Shown: positions 19,811-27,804, counted from the stretch's first letter. The stretch is DNA of 64,000 bases from Candidatus Uhrbacteria bacterium (GCA_020850575.1 JADZEJ010000002.1:238511-302510), one strand, 5' to 3'. Numbers and translations are program-made. The notes: generated by a model not told the origin, from the letters alone.

Positions 19811-20819
19811 AGGATTGCTCTAAGATATTACCTACTGGCTCAGATGCAGACTGTTTTTTATCCACCGATGCATCGAACGATGCCTCAAACACCTTGCGAT
19901 ACTCATGCTCCACATCCGTGTTTTTGTACCCCATATATATGGTGGTCGAACGGATGTTCGCGTGGCCCATCATGACTTGAAGATATCGGAGATTCACGTT
20001 TCTTTTGACGCCAAGAGATGCGAATCCATGTCGGCATGAGTGAGGCGTGATCCGCTTCTCGATACCTAGCTTCGCCCTGGCCGCACGGAACGTCTTTTGA
20101 ACCGCGCTGCGATCCATGCGTTTTGGCTCCGTGGCCGTATTGAAGCTGATGAATAGAGCTTCGGAACCGCTGTCCTTCCGACCAAGGATACGTTCCCTAA
20201 CTTCGATCCAGCGTGCCAGCAAACGATTCGTTTCATCGTCCCAATACACCTCACGCTTGTGATATTTGCACTTAAAAGTCTTTGCAACTGCTTTTCGCTG
20301 GTTCAGATCAATGTCGTCCACGTTCAGATTGAGCATCTCGCCTAAACGCAGACCCGTGTTGTAAAGGAACGCGACGATTGTCTTATCCCGCAATTCCTTG
20401 GGATACATTTCATCGTACAGGTTTAAGATCGCTTTATATTCATGAGGCTCAAGAAACGGATGGGACTCCTTTTCGACACCCTGCGGAACCGGAATGAGAT
20501 CGTCATTGATTTTAACTTTCCCCTGACGATAGAGCCATTTCCACAACGTCCGGAGTGACGTGATGTACAGAGCTCGCGTACCGCCCCTCAGTCCCCGATT
20601 CTCCAGCCAGATGTGATACCTGGAGAGATCGTCGATATCACAATCGGTCAGTACCTTCCCGAGTTCGTTCAGGTACTTGGTCAATGAATAAAGCGCGAAC
20701 TTATAGGACGAGACTGTAGCCGGAGACCGGCTGCCGCCCAGCCAAACGAGGAAACTGTCGATAATCTTATCGTTATCGATCATATAAACCGCCCACCCTA
20801 CTTCCGCCTCGGATTGCAA
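19749..20819 (-). CDS. tyrosine site-specific recombinase (phage integrase / XerC-D family)
   Basis: Motifs NTGLRLGE, HSCRHGFAS and GHANIRSTTIYMGY (catalytic R..HxxR..Y). An alternative start MIDNDK lies at 20783. Confidence 0.9.
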   Translation of the reverse strand: MQSEAEVGWAVYMIDNDKIIDSFLVWLGGSRSPATVSSYKFALYSLTKYLNELGKVLTDCDIDDLSRYHIWLENRGLRGGTRALYITSLRTLWKWLYRQGKVKINDDLIPVPQGVEKESHPFLEPHEYKAILNLYDEMYPKELRDKTIVAFLYNTGLRLGEMLNLNVDDIDLNQRKAVAKTFKCKYHKREVYWDDETNRLLARWIEVRERILGRKDSGSEALFISFNTATEPKRMDRSAVQKTFRAARAKLGIEKRITPHSCRHGFASLGVKRNVNLRYLQVMMGHANIRSTTIYMGYKNTDVEHEYRKVFEASFDASVDKKQSASEPVGNILEQSYVQARKIAAESANREKMFIG

Positions 20820-21065
20820 GCCTTGGCGGTTTCGGATGGGCGGTATTACTACACTCTCACGATATGCAAGAGTCGGACAACCATATCAAAGTTGCCCGAG
20901 AAAGCAATAACCAACCTACCCGCGCCGTTTGCAATGACATCCCATTGGGACGCCGCCCTATTCGGGCACGATGCGGTTAAAGGGTCGGGAATTAAATTAG
21001 TAAGCCCCGACAAGCGGTTGTACCGTAGCTTGGCTTGGGAAAGCAAGCAAATCAGAAATAACGCG

Positions 21066-22067
21066 TTATTTATCAGAAATTAGCCATGCGATGTTTTGAA
21101 CTTTTTCAGATAGCTTATGAGTGTATCCGTGGCTAAGCAGTCCCACGTAAGATGCGACTGTCTGAGCGTTTGGACTCTGCCTCACTCTTTTCAGGATCCT
21201 CGATTTCGTCTTCTGGCGCGGGACGCGATGGTGTGGGAAATGCACCCAGCCGAGAAAATCCACTCCCGAGGCAAGCGTCTTAATGAAGACTTTATTCGGA
21301 TACAGTTCCAAGTCCAATGGTCCAGCGAGAAATGCGGCGATTTTAGGAAGGCATTCGAGCAACTCCTGTCGGTCGCGTGATAAAAATACAAAATCGTCGG
21401 CATAGCGAGCGTAGTATTTCGCCCTCAATTCATGCTTCACATACCGATCAAACTCATTCATGTAAATGTTAGCAAAGATCTGTGAAGTAAGATTGCCAAG
21501 CGGTATACCTTTCCCCGGGCGAGTCTGAAAGCTCACGATGACGCGTCGAAGTAAATCTAGAAGCCACCTGTCTGCGATTCTCCGATCCAAAATCTCGAGA
21601 AGGATTTGGTGATTGATGCTCGCAAAAAATTTCCGGATGTCGCATTTCAAAACCCAACACGTTTTAGTGCCGTTCTTGCTCGCTTTTCTAGACAGCCTCT
21701 CGAAGCGCTCAAGCGCACGATGCAACCCCTTGGTTTTCTGGCATGAAAAAGAATCGAAAATGAACACACTGGCGAAAAATGGATATAGCTTCCGATGAAT
21801 GGCATGATGCAGCAACCTATCCCGCACGGTCGCTTTGTGGATTTCCCGCGGCTTTGGATCGTTAATGCGGAAATGCGAGTAAGTGCCATGGCAATACGTG
21901 CCATTCATCAAATCCAGATGCAAATTCGCGATCTCGTCCCCGAGACGGAGCATGAACTCCTGCACATCTTTCTTCTTTCGTTTCCCTCGGATAAACTCTT
22001 GCCAAGCTTCACATAAATTTTCCATCGATACGATTTCATCGAAGGAGATAAATAATAATTTTCTCAT
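21066..22067 (-). CDS. DGR reverse transcriptase
   Basis: Motifs GIPLGNLTSQIFANIYM (DGR-type xxSQ motif) and YARYADDFVF (YxDD), about 333 aa from MRKLLFISFDE. A TR and VR lie nearby. The ORF track extends to 22145. Confidence 0.9.
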   Translation of the reverse strand: MRKLLFISFDEIVSMENLCEAWQEFIRGKRKKKDVQEFMLRLGDEIANLHLDLMNGTYCHGTYSHFRINDPKPREIHKATVRDRLLHHAIHRKLYPFFASVFIFDSFSCQKTKGLHRALERFERLSRKASKNGTKTCWVLKCDIRKFFASINHQILLEILDRRIADRWLLDLLRRVIVSFQTRPGKGIPLGNLTSQIFANIYMNEFDRYVKHELRAKYYARYADDFVFLSRDRQELLECLPKIAAFLAGPLDLELYPNKVFIKTLASGVDFLGWVHFPHHRVPRQKTKSRILKRVRQSPNAQTVASYVGLLSHGYTHKLSEKVQNIAWLISDK

Positions 22068-22081
22068 AGAGGAGTATGTTA

Positions 22082-22092
22082 CCCCCCCCCCC
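22082..22092. repeat. C11 (G11 on the minus strand) homopolymer between the RT and avd starts
   Basis: Direct count of eleven consecutive C. Confidence 0.9.
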
Positions 22093-22116
22093 GCAAAAAT
22101 CACGTCAAATCTTCCC

Positions 22117-22464
22117 GTGTTGCAGAAGGTTGTTGATGTATACAAAATCTGGCACGCCCATTATTCAAATTTCCCCCGTCTTTCTAAATTTTCACTCGGC
22201 GCAAAAATAGACTCTCTGTTCACCGACCTGATCGAGCTCATCTTTCTTGCCGGTTATGCCGGATCCGATCAAAAATACACGTTCGTAGTACGCGCATCTA
22301 CAAAACTCGATCTACTTAAATTTTTCATGCAGGCCGCATGGGAAGTAAAGTGCTTGGACCAAAGAAAGTACGCGGCACTCGCTGTACCGCTGAACGAAAT
22401 CGGAAAAGACATTGGTAGCTGGCAAAAATTCCTACAAACGAAACAGCCCCCATCCAAAGAATGA
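22117..22464 (+). CDS. avd: Avd-like four-helix-bundle protein (accessory variability determinant family)
   Basis: KIWHAHYSNFPRLSKFSLGAKI...LKFFMQAAWEVKCLD...IGKDIGSWQKF resembles the Avd / 23S-IVS four-helix-bundle family. GTG start at 22117. The 21883-22116 part of the tracked ORF is antisense to the RT. Confidence 0.75.
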   Translation: MLQKVVDVYKIWHAHYSNFPRLSKFSLGAKIDSLFTDLIELIFLAGYAGSDQKYTFVVRASTKLDLLKFFMQAAWEVKCLDQRKYAALAVPLNEIGKDIGSWQKFLQTKQPPSKE

Positions 22465-22493
22465 GGGCGTTCGTTATAAAAACGTGAAGAGAT

Positions 22494-22624
22494 TTGCGGA
22501 CGAACAGGAACCGGTTGTCGGAGTTCCACTCGTTGTCGAACCAGTTGTTGTCGAGGATGCGCCTGTCGGAGTTGCTGTTCAGCATCGCGACGTTGCGGTT
22601 GTCGTCGTACATCGTGGACGAGCC
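22494..22624 (-). repeat. DGR template repeat (TR)
   Basis: 131 nt homologous to 22998-23131. It is adenine- and AAC-rich on the minus strand (9 AAC codons in the VR frame). Confidence 0.85.
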
Positions 22625-22877
22625 GTCCTGTCCGTGTCGGGAGCCATCCAGATCACCACCGCTTGAATCATCTCGCGGTTGAATTTTATTCGGGGCCGTT
22701 AGCCCGCCAGCTCCCAACACCAAGTATCTTCAGTTCATGAACGAGCCGACGCACGCTGCCGACCGGCGTACCGCCCGGCATTCTGGCAAACGAGCTCATT
22801 CAGATTTCGACCGCCTGCAACCGTAATCGCAAGCTGTTTCGTCTACTATCCGTGTGTAATTTTATCAAAAAGCAAGC

Positions 22878-22929
22878 GACCCCGTCCAACGCGCGAATCC
22901 AAGTTTCGGATTGCGTGTCGGACGGGGTC
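22878..22929 (-). other. long GC-rich hairpin downstream of the VR (terminator and/or DGR homing-associated stem-loop)
   Basis: GACCCCGTCC pairs with GGACGGGGTC, with an imperfect interior and an apical AATCC/GGATT stem. A T5 run follows on the minus strand. Confidence 0.6.
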
Positions 22930-22993
22930 TGAGCGCCAAGAGTCCAAGGTCCCAAGAGCCTTTTTAAGGGCCGAGGGACCGAGGGTCCAAGTG

Positions 22994-23659
22994 CTACTTG
23001 CGGACGAACAGGAACCGGAAGCCGGAGCGCCAACCGCGGGCGAACCAGTCGCTGCCGAGGATGCGCCCGTCGGAGACGCTGCACAGCATCGCGACGAAGC
23101 GGTCGTCGCCGTCGTACCGCGTGGACGAGCCGAGAGCGACGATCCAGAACTGACGCTGCAGCTCCGGGTTGGCCTTGGCGAACGCGTACGCCTCGAGGTG
23201 GGTCGCGGGGCGGTAGCCCAGCTTGTCCATCTCAGCGATGGCGTCCTCGGACTCGATCGCCCGGTTGAAGTGCTTGACGAGCATGATGCGCTCGCCCGGC
23301 GTCTGGTCGATCTCGGCGCACGACGAGTGATTCTTCCACTCGTAGTTGCCGTAGAACAGCTCTGACACGCCGTCCTTCGAGAACTCGCTCTCGAGCTTGG
23401 CCTTGTCGCGCGGCATCTCGTAGCTGACCGGCACGCGGTACTCGCCATCGACGAGCGGTCGCTCCATCTCCGAACCGGCCGGGACGATGAGATCTGCGAT
23501 CTGCTTCTGCAGAGCGCTTTCCTTCACCACCCGCCGCAGGTGCTGCATGGTTCCGCCCTTGGCCATGACGGCGTGAGCGATCACCTTGAAGACCTCGAAC
23601 GCGAAGCCGAGATTGCTGAGTACGTCACCGATCGCCTGATCCTTCTTGTTCTGTCGCAT
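22994..23659 (-). CDS. DGR variable (target) protein, C-terminal VR of C-type-lectin-like style
   Basis: ATG at 23659 sits 6 nt after GGAGAG. The C-terminus is ..GSSTRYDGDDRFVAMLCSVSDGRILGSDWFARGWRSGFRFLFVRK. High GC. The tracked ORF starts at a GTG at 23686. Confidence 0.85.
   Translation of the reverse strand: MRQNKKDQAIGDVLSNLGFAFEVFKVIAHAVMAKGGTMQHLRRVVKESALQKQIADLIVPAGSEMERPLVDGEYRVPVSYEMPRDKAKLESEFSKDGVSELFYGNYEWKNHSSCAEIDQTPGERIMLVKHFNRAIESEDAIAEMDKLGYRPATHLEAYAFAKANPELQRQFWIVALGSSTRYDGDDRFVAMLCSVSDGRILGSDWFARGWRSGFRFLFVRK
22998..23131 (-). repeat. DGR variable region (VR)
   Basis: Aligns to the TR with about 22 substitutions at TR adenines, 2 at other bases and one extra codon. The last 20 nt are identical (CGGTTCCTGTTCGTCCGCAA). 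Confidence 0.85.
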
Positions 23660-23790
23660 GGTCGTCTCTCCGTTTTTCCGGCTCACCTCTTAATCCCGCA
23701 CCATGCAGGACCACAAGGCTTGCCTATCCGTGACCGAAGCTAAGTAGACACTTGGAAATGTAAGGTTCAGAACCGTAGTCTGAATAAAAC

Positions 23791-23819
23791 AAGATAGCAT
23801 AAAACAGGCCTTTTGTCAA
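23791..23819 (-). promoter_or_regulatory. sigma70-type promoter for the DGR target gene
   Basis: On the minus strand: TTGACA, a 17-nt spacer ending in TGc, then TATCTT. Confidence 0.55.
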
Positions 23820-23866
23820 GGGATAAACGCCAAAATTTGGCTAAAATATAATATTTCTACGAAAAT

Positions 23867-25550
23867 TTAGCCAATTCTCTGAATTTCTTCAGTTAACACA
23901 CTGCTAATAGCACGTCTCCACTCAGATGCCTCTTGACTATCACGTAGAATGCAACAGCGATCTAGCAAATCCTTCACGTACTGGACGTTAACTTTGTTGT
24001 TAATAAATTGCGCCTCAAAAAATTCCTTAAACTGGATAAGCGTAAAAGGCACGATATTCAATCGAACCCTCTGTTCGTCTTTGTTGAACCACTCACCTCT
24101 CCGAAAAGTTTCGAGAGTATTAATGTCTATCTTATTCGCGATGAATAATCCGTAGACCGGTTTGGTTGTCCGTTCTGCAATCACAGACACATGACGGCGT
24201 ACCGGCTCACCCTCAACCGCCTCCTGTCTTGAACTCTCAGTCAGCGTAACCTCAACCACCAATATAAAATTCTCCAGTTCAAAAATTAAATCCGGTCCGT
24301 TGCCTGGAGCTGTACCAATTGGAAGAAAATCTTGATCAATTTTAAATCTTCGCGCTTCGTATGGTTTATTGATCAAACTATACTATTGCCAGAAAAGCTC
24401 TCCATAAAACCCATTCAAAATACGCAGCCGCTTCAGCTTTAGGAACCTGAATTTGATTGCCTTCGGAAAGGGTGGCGGAACGGAGTTTCCCTGAGATCAA
24501 ATCCATGTACGTTGCGATCTCTTTCCATTCAGCTGCTTGGTCAATCGCATATTTCTCTTCATTGGCACGACTGAGTAATTCCTCAGCTTGGAATCTTACT
24601 TGTCCGATATCCGCAGGCGTCTTTAGCGATTCCTTTTTGACTTCCAGCTTCAAATTTTTATCTTTCAGGCGTTCGAGTAAGTCGTCGAGTACCACCAAAG
24701 CTGAATCCTTATCGTCAGTTGGCAGCGCGGCTCCATTGCAAAGTGCCGTGAAGTAGGCAATTTCAGACTGAGGCATCTGACTTTGCTGAACGAACTTCTC
24801 AATAAATAGATGCTTCTCTGGGATGATGGAAATTCCCCTTCCAGCACCCTGAACCAAACCAGTCGCCTTTAAATAACGAATATTTGTGTCCGCGTAATCA
24901 TTGAACGTCTGCTCTTTATAATCATGCACTACTGAAGCCTTTTCACGTTCAACTCGATCGAATTTACGTTTATTATCACTCGATAATCGACGTGATCGAA
25001 TATCCAAAACGCGATGAACCACTTCACTGAGATCATCGTCGCTATTTGTCAGCTGTGCTACAACAGCCATTTCGATAAAATTGATTCTGCTATCACCGGT
25101 TTCTCTTTCAAGTTCCAACATGATTTTCAAAATATGCTGCAACGGAGAGAATACAGAAAACTCATAGTCATCTTCCAGCACCGATGGTATGACGTAGGCC
25201 GCAAGCGATCTTAAAAAACACTCCTGCATTGCAGGAACCGTCTCTGCTTTAATGAGTCTTAAACCGTTCGGTGTGATTCTATCGACTTCACCAATTTGCG
25301 CCTGATCAATGCCGAGAGATTTTGGGATCTCTGGATACAAAAAACCGAGCTTGGTTAATGCCGATCGCCACTTCCGTCCGACACTATAGGTTTTATCCTC
25401 GCCCAGCTCCACAATGCCATGCTCCCCGAGGAGTTTACGAAATGCAATGTCCTGCTCCTTACCTCGCAAGTTCCCTTGAAGTTCCGATCCATAGAGCGCT
25501 ACAAGGCCATCGCGCAGGCGAAATGGACTGCGGACGGTTGTGTTTCCCCC
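23867..25550 (-). pseudogene. AlwI-family-like type II restriction endonuclease, frameshifted and lacking its own start
   Basis: Has GNTTVRSPFRLRDGL, GRKWRSALTKLGF and YADTNIRYLKATGL. The frame breaks at 24376-24378. The nuclease core continues as PDLIFELENFILVVEVTL...GEPVRRH. The family call is from memory. Confidence 0.55.
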
Positions 25551-26051
25551 GCCATAGGTCGATGACCGAATGATGGAGCGGTACCAAGTCGAACCAATCT
25601 TGAACAGGTACACGCGACCTACGGTGAAGATCGTCGTTTGGTCTCCTGCGATCGTGTGTTGGTTTGCTGCAGAGACGGTCGTGACGGTTGATTGCAGAAT
25701 CATGCCTTGGGTTACCGGTCCGATCTCGATTTGCATGCCGTCAAAATGCGCTTTCGTGAGATGAAGCTCGATGACGGTTCCTGCGGCGTGCGTAGCGGTC
25801 GTCGTGCCGTTGTATCCGCGCGTATCGATTGTGCATGTGACCGTCCCGCCTGAAATCGACATAGCCGAAAGCAAGATCTGTTCCTGCTCAATCGTGAGAA
25901 TCGCCTTGGATCCAGCCGGCATGTTCCACGATTGCGTACCAAGAACGGACGATGAAGATCCTGTGAAATTGCCGGACGTGAGCGAAGAAAGGAGCTGGGC
26001 GTCCAGCAGGAAAGAAGCGCGATCGAGAATGTAGATGTTTTGGTATGGCAT
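25545..26051 (-). pseudogene. phage tail-fibre-like N-terminal fragment (5' part of chimeric ORF 24378..26051)
   Basis: MPYQNIYILD...TRGYNGTTTATHAAGTVIELHLTKAHF resembles phage fibre N-termini. It is high GC, unlike the AlwI-like part. Confidence 0.45.
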
Positions 26052-26052
26052 A

Positions 26053-26313
26053 TCAGAAATAACGTGAATAATGGATTTCAGTCACCGCGATCGAGAAACC
26101 CGAGCCGGTGAGCGTGATCTTGAAGATATTGGTACCCGCTACGACTTTCGGAAGGATGCCCGTGTAATCAATGTCGACTCCGTTTTTTGTGACTCGTTTA
26201 TTCTCTCCGTCAATGATGACCTGATCGCCATTCGTGAAGCTCCCAGCGATGATGAGCTTGTCGCCATTCGTTGTGTTCTCCCGTGTGATTTGCGATACGG
26301 TGCCGGCCGTCAC
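26053..26313 (-). pseudogene. C-terminal fragment of a phage distal-tail (Dit-like) protein
   Basis: ..DQVIIDGENKRVTKNGVDIDYTGILPKVVAGTNIFKIT.. matches the typical siphophage tail-component C-terminus. Only about 86-95 aa remain. Confidence 0.4.
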
Positions 26314-26318
26314 GAGGG

Positions 26319-26867
26319 TCAGGTACGCGAGAGCATCCGCTTGCCGTTGACGGTCGCGATCGCGTCGACCAAGTCCGCGTATCCGTGGACGCGCGAGTAG
26401 ATGAGCTTTTCGGCGTGTTGGAATCGCACGTCATGTTCGTTGAACCAGCTCAGGAACGCGTTGATGCCGGCACGGACGCGTCCGTCCGAATCGTCCGGAA
26501 TAGACGGAACGTCCGATCGATGGATGACTGCGAGCGCGAATGCTTCCGCGTACGCGTGCACCATGTCTCCGATGGATGCCGCTTGTTCCTTCTTGATCTG
26601 GTGTTGGCGGACGGCTTCCTCGATAACCGGAACGATTTCCTCGACCGTGAACGGTCCGGAATTGGATTCGAGGAATGAACGGAGGTGCTTCTCGGCAAGC
26701 CCAACTGCCCATGGGATGAGGAATCGGGACTTGTCGATGATGCCCGTGCAAGCCGTGACCGAAAGCAGGTATTCTTTCGAACCTTCGATCCGGTAACGGT
26801 GCGAGTCAGGCAGATGCTCGAGCGTGATTTCTCCGCCGTAGAGCTTCTCGGTGATTTTTTCAGCCAT
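26319..26867 (-). CDS. phage PD-(D/E)XK-type exonuclease, apparently C-terminally truncated
   Basis: HRYRIEG..LLSVTACTGIIDKSRFLIPWA..GDMVHAYAE..GYADLVDAI pattern. It ends abruptly where the tail fragment begins. Confidence 0.5.
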   Translation of the reverse strand: MAEKITEKLYGGEITLEHLPDSHRYRIEGSKEYLLSVTACTGIIDKSRFLIPWAVGLAEKHLRSFLESNSGPFTVEEIVPVIEEAVRQHQIKKEQAASIGDMVHAYAEAFALAVIHRSDVPSIPDDSDGRVRAGINAFLSWFNEHDVRFQHAEKLIYSRVHGYADLVDAIATVNGKRMLSRT

Positions 26868-26871
26868 ATGG

Positions 26872-27702
26872 TTAGACGGCTGCCGCGACTTTGGTTCGCG
26901 CGGTTTCGAGTGCCTGATTCGGATCGACTTGCGGTTTGGCTGGCGCGGGCGGAGTCACCGGAGCTTCGGTTTTTGGTTCCGCAGCAACAGGTTTCTTTGA
27001 CCACGCATAGCTTTCCGTGCCATGGACGGCCTTAATGATCTTCGAAAAGTCCGGCTCGATGATTTTCCCGAGCTGGCCAGTCCGATCCTTGGCCGTGAAC
27101 TTGTCCGATGAAGGATCCACGAATATGACGCGCTTCGATTCGCCGTCGGCGGTTTGAACGACCGTCATGTAGCCGACCACGTCAACCATGTTCACGATGT
27201 CCTTCGAGACTTTGGTCGTGATAAGCGGACGCAAAAGAACCCGATCTTCGTCAGGCTTGTCGTCCACGTGGGCGATCAAAAGAACGTGCATGCCGGAGTC
27301 CCGGAGCACCTTCACGTAGTCGCGCATGGTTTTACGGAGCCACCCCAAACCAGCTTGGCTGGGAGAGCCATCCTTTTGTACGAGCTTGGAATCGCCGAGA
27401 GCCCCCATGTGGCGCATGAGCTTTTCCATGAGTTCACCGATAGGGTCGATGACGGCAGTTTCGTACCCGCTCTTTTTGAGAGCTTCGGTGTACTCTCGCA
27501 TGTCGGCCCATTTCTCGACGTGAGCCACGTCGAGTTTGATCCCGCGCAATCCGAAATACTTCGAACCGTTCTCGCAGTCCGCCATGAGCGGCTTGGGAGC
27601 GGTTGATGCAAACGTTGATTTGCCGACGCCGCCTTCGCCATACACGAGCATGACGAGCGGAGGTTTAACCGACGGATCGCCGGTGTTGATGATTTTGAGC
27701 AT
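26872..27702 (-). CDS. Sak4-like AAA_24 phage recombination ATPase
   Basis: LVMLVYGEGGVGKSTFASTAPKPLMADCENG (Walker A plus an AAA_24-style N-terminus). RBS AAGAGGA upstream. Confidence 0.8.
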   Translation of the reverse strand: MLKIINTGDPSVKPPLVMLVYGEGGVGKSTFASTAPKPLMADCENGSKYFGLRGIKLDVAHVEKWADMREYTEALKKSGYETAVIDPIGELMEKLMRHMGALGDSKLVQKDGSPSQAGLGWLRKTMRDYVKVLRDSGMHVLLIAHVDDKPDEDRVLLRPLITTKVSKDIVNMVDVVGYMTVVQTADGESKRVIFVDPSSDKFTAKDRTGQLGKIIEPDFSKIIKAVHGTESYAWSKKPVAAEPKTEAPVTPPAPAKPQVDPNQALETARTKVAAAV

Positions 27703-27804
27703 AGTTTGGTCCTCTTAATGAATGGAATAAGTCCTCTGCCGGATTTACCGCCGGCACGGCCCGACCTTGAGAGGCGATGACGAATTCCATACAAGAGGCG
27801 CCAA

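Noticed and set aside
21066-22067. The RT as a group II intron maturase or a retron RT
   Set aside because: It has no maturase X or endonuclease domain and no flanking intron-like structure that I could see. I saw no obvious msr/msd inverted repeats. The xxSQ motif plus a cognate TR/VR pair point to a DGR.
21883-22116. Upstream extension of the avd ORF, and the RT extension 22068..22145
   Set aside because: The avd extension is antisense to the RT N-terminus and has no Avd-like sequence. The conserved RT sequence begins after the Met at 22067. The extension is noted only in connection with the C11 tract.
22325-22723. A 132-aa ORF that contains the TR in frame
   Set aside because: It is open only because the TR mimics the VR reading frame. 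The rest runs antisense through avd and has no plausible start context. I treat it as non-coding template.
22800-23448. ORFs 22846..23448, 22800..23084 and 22991..23365 overlapping the DGR target gene
   Set aside because: These are alternative-frame or antisense shadow ORFs in 60% GC DNA. They are Arg/Ser/Thr/Ala-rich low-complexity sequence. The 22994..23659 frame carries the VR and the RBS.
17928-25550. The two methyltransferases plus the AlwI-like nuclease as a restriction-modification system
   Set aside because: The methyltransferases lie outside the island. They have small-molecule-type class I motifs and no DPPY/NPPY-type DNA methylase motif that I can find. All three genes are disrupted.
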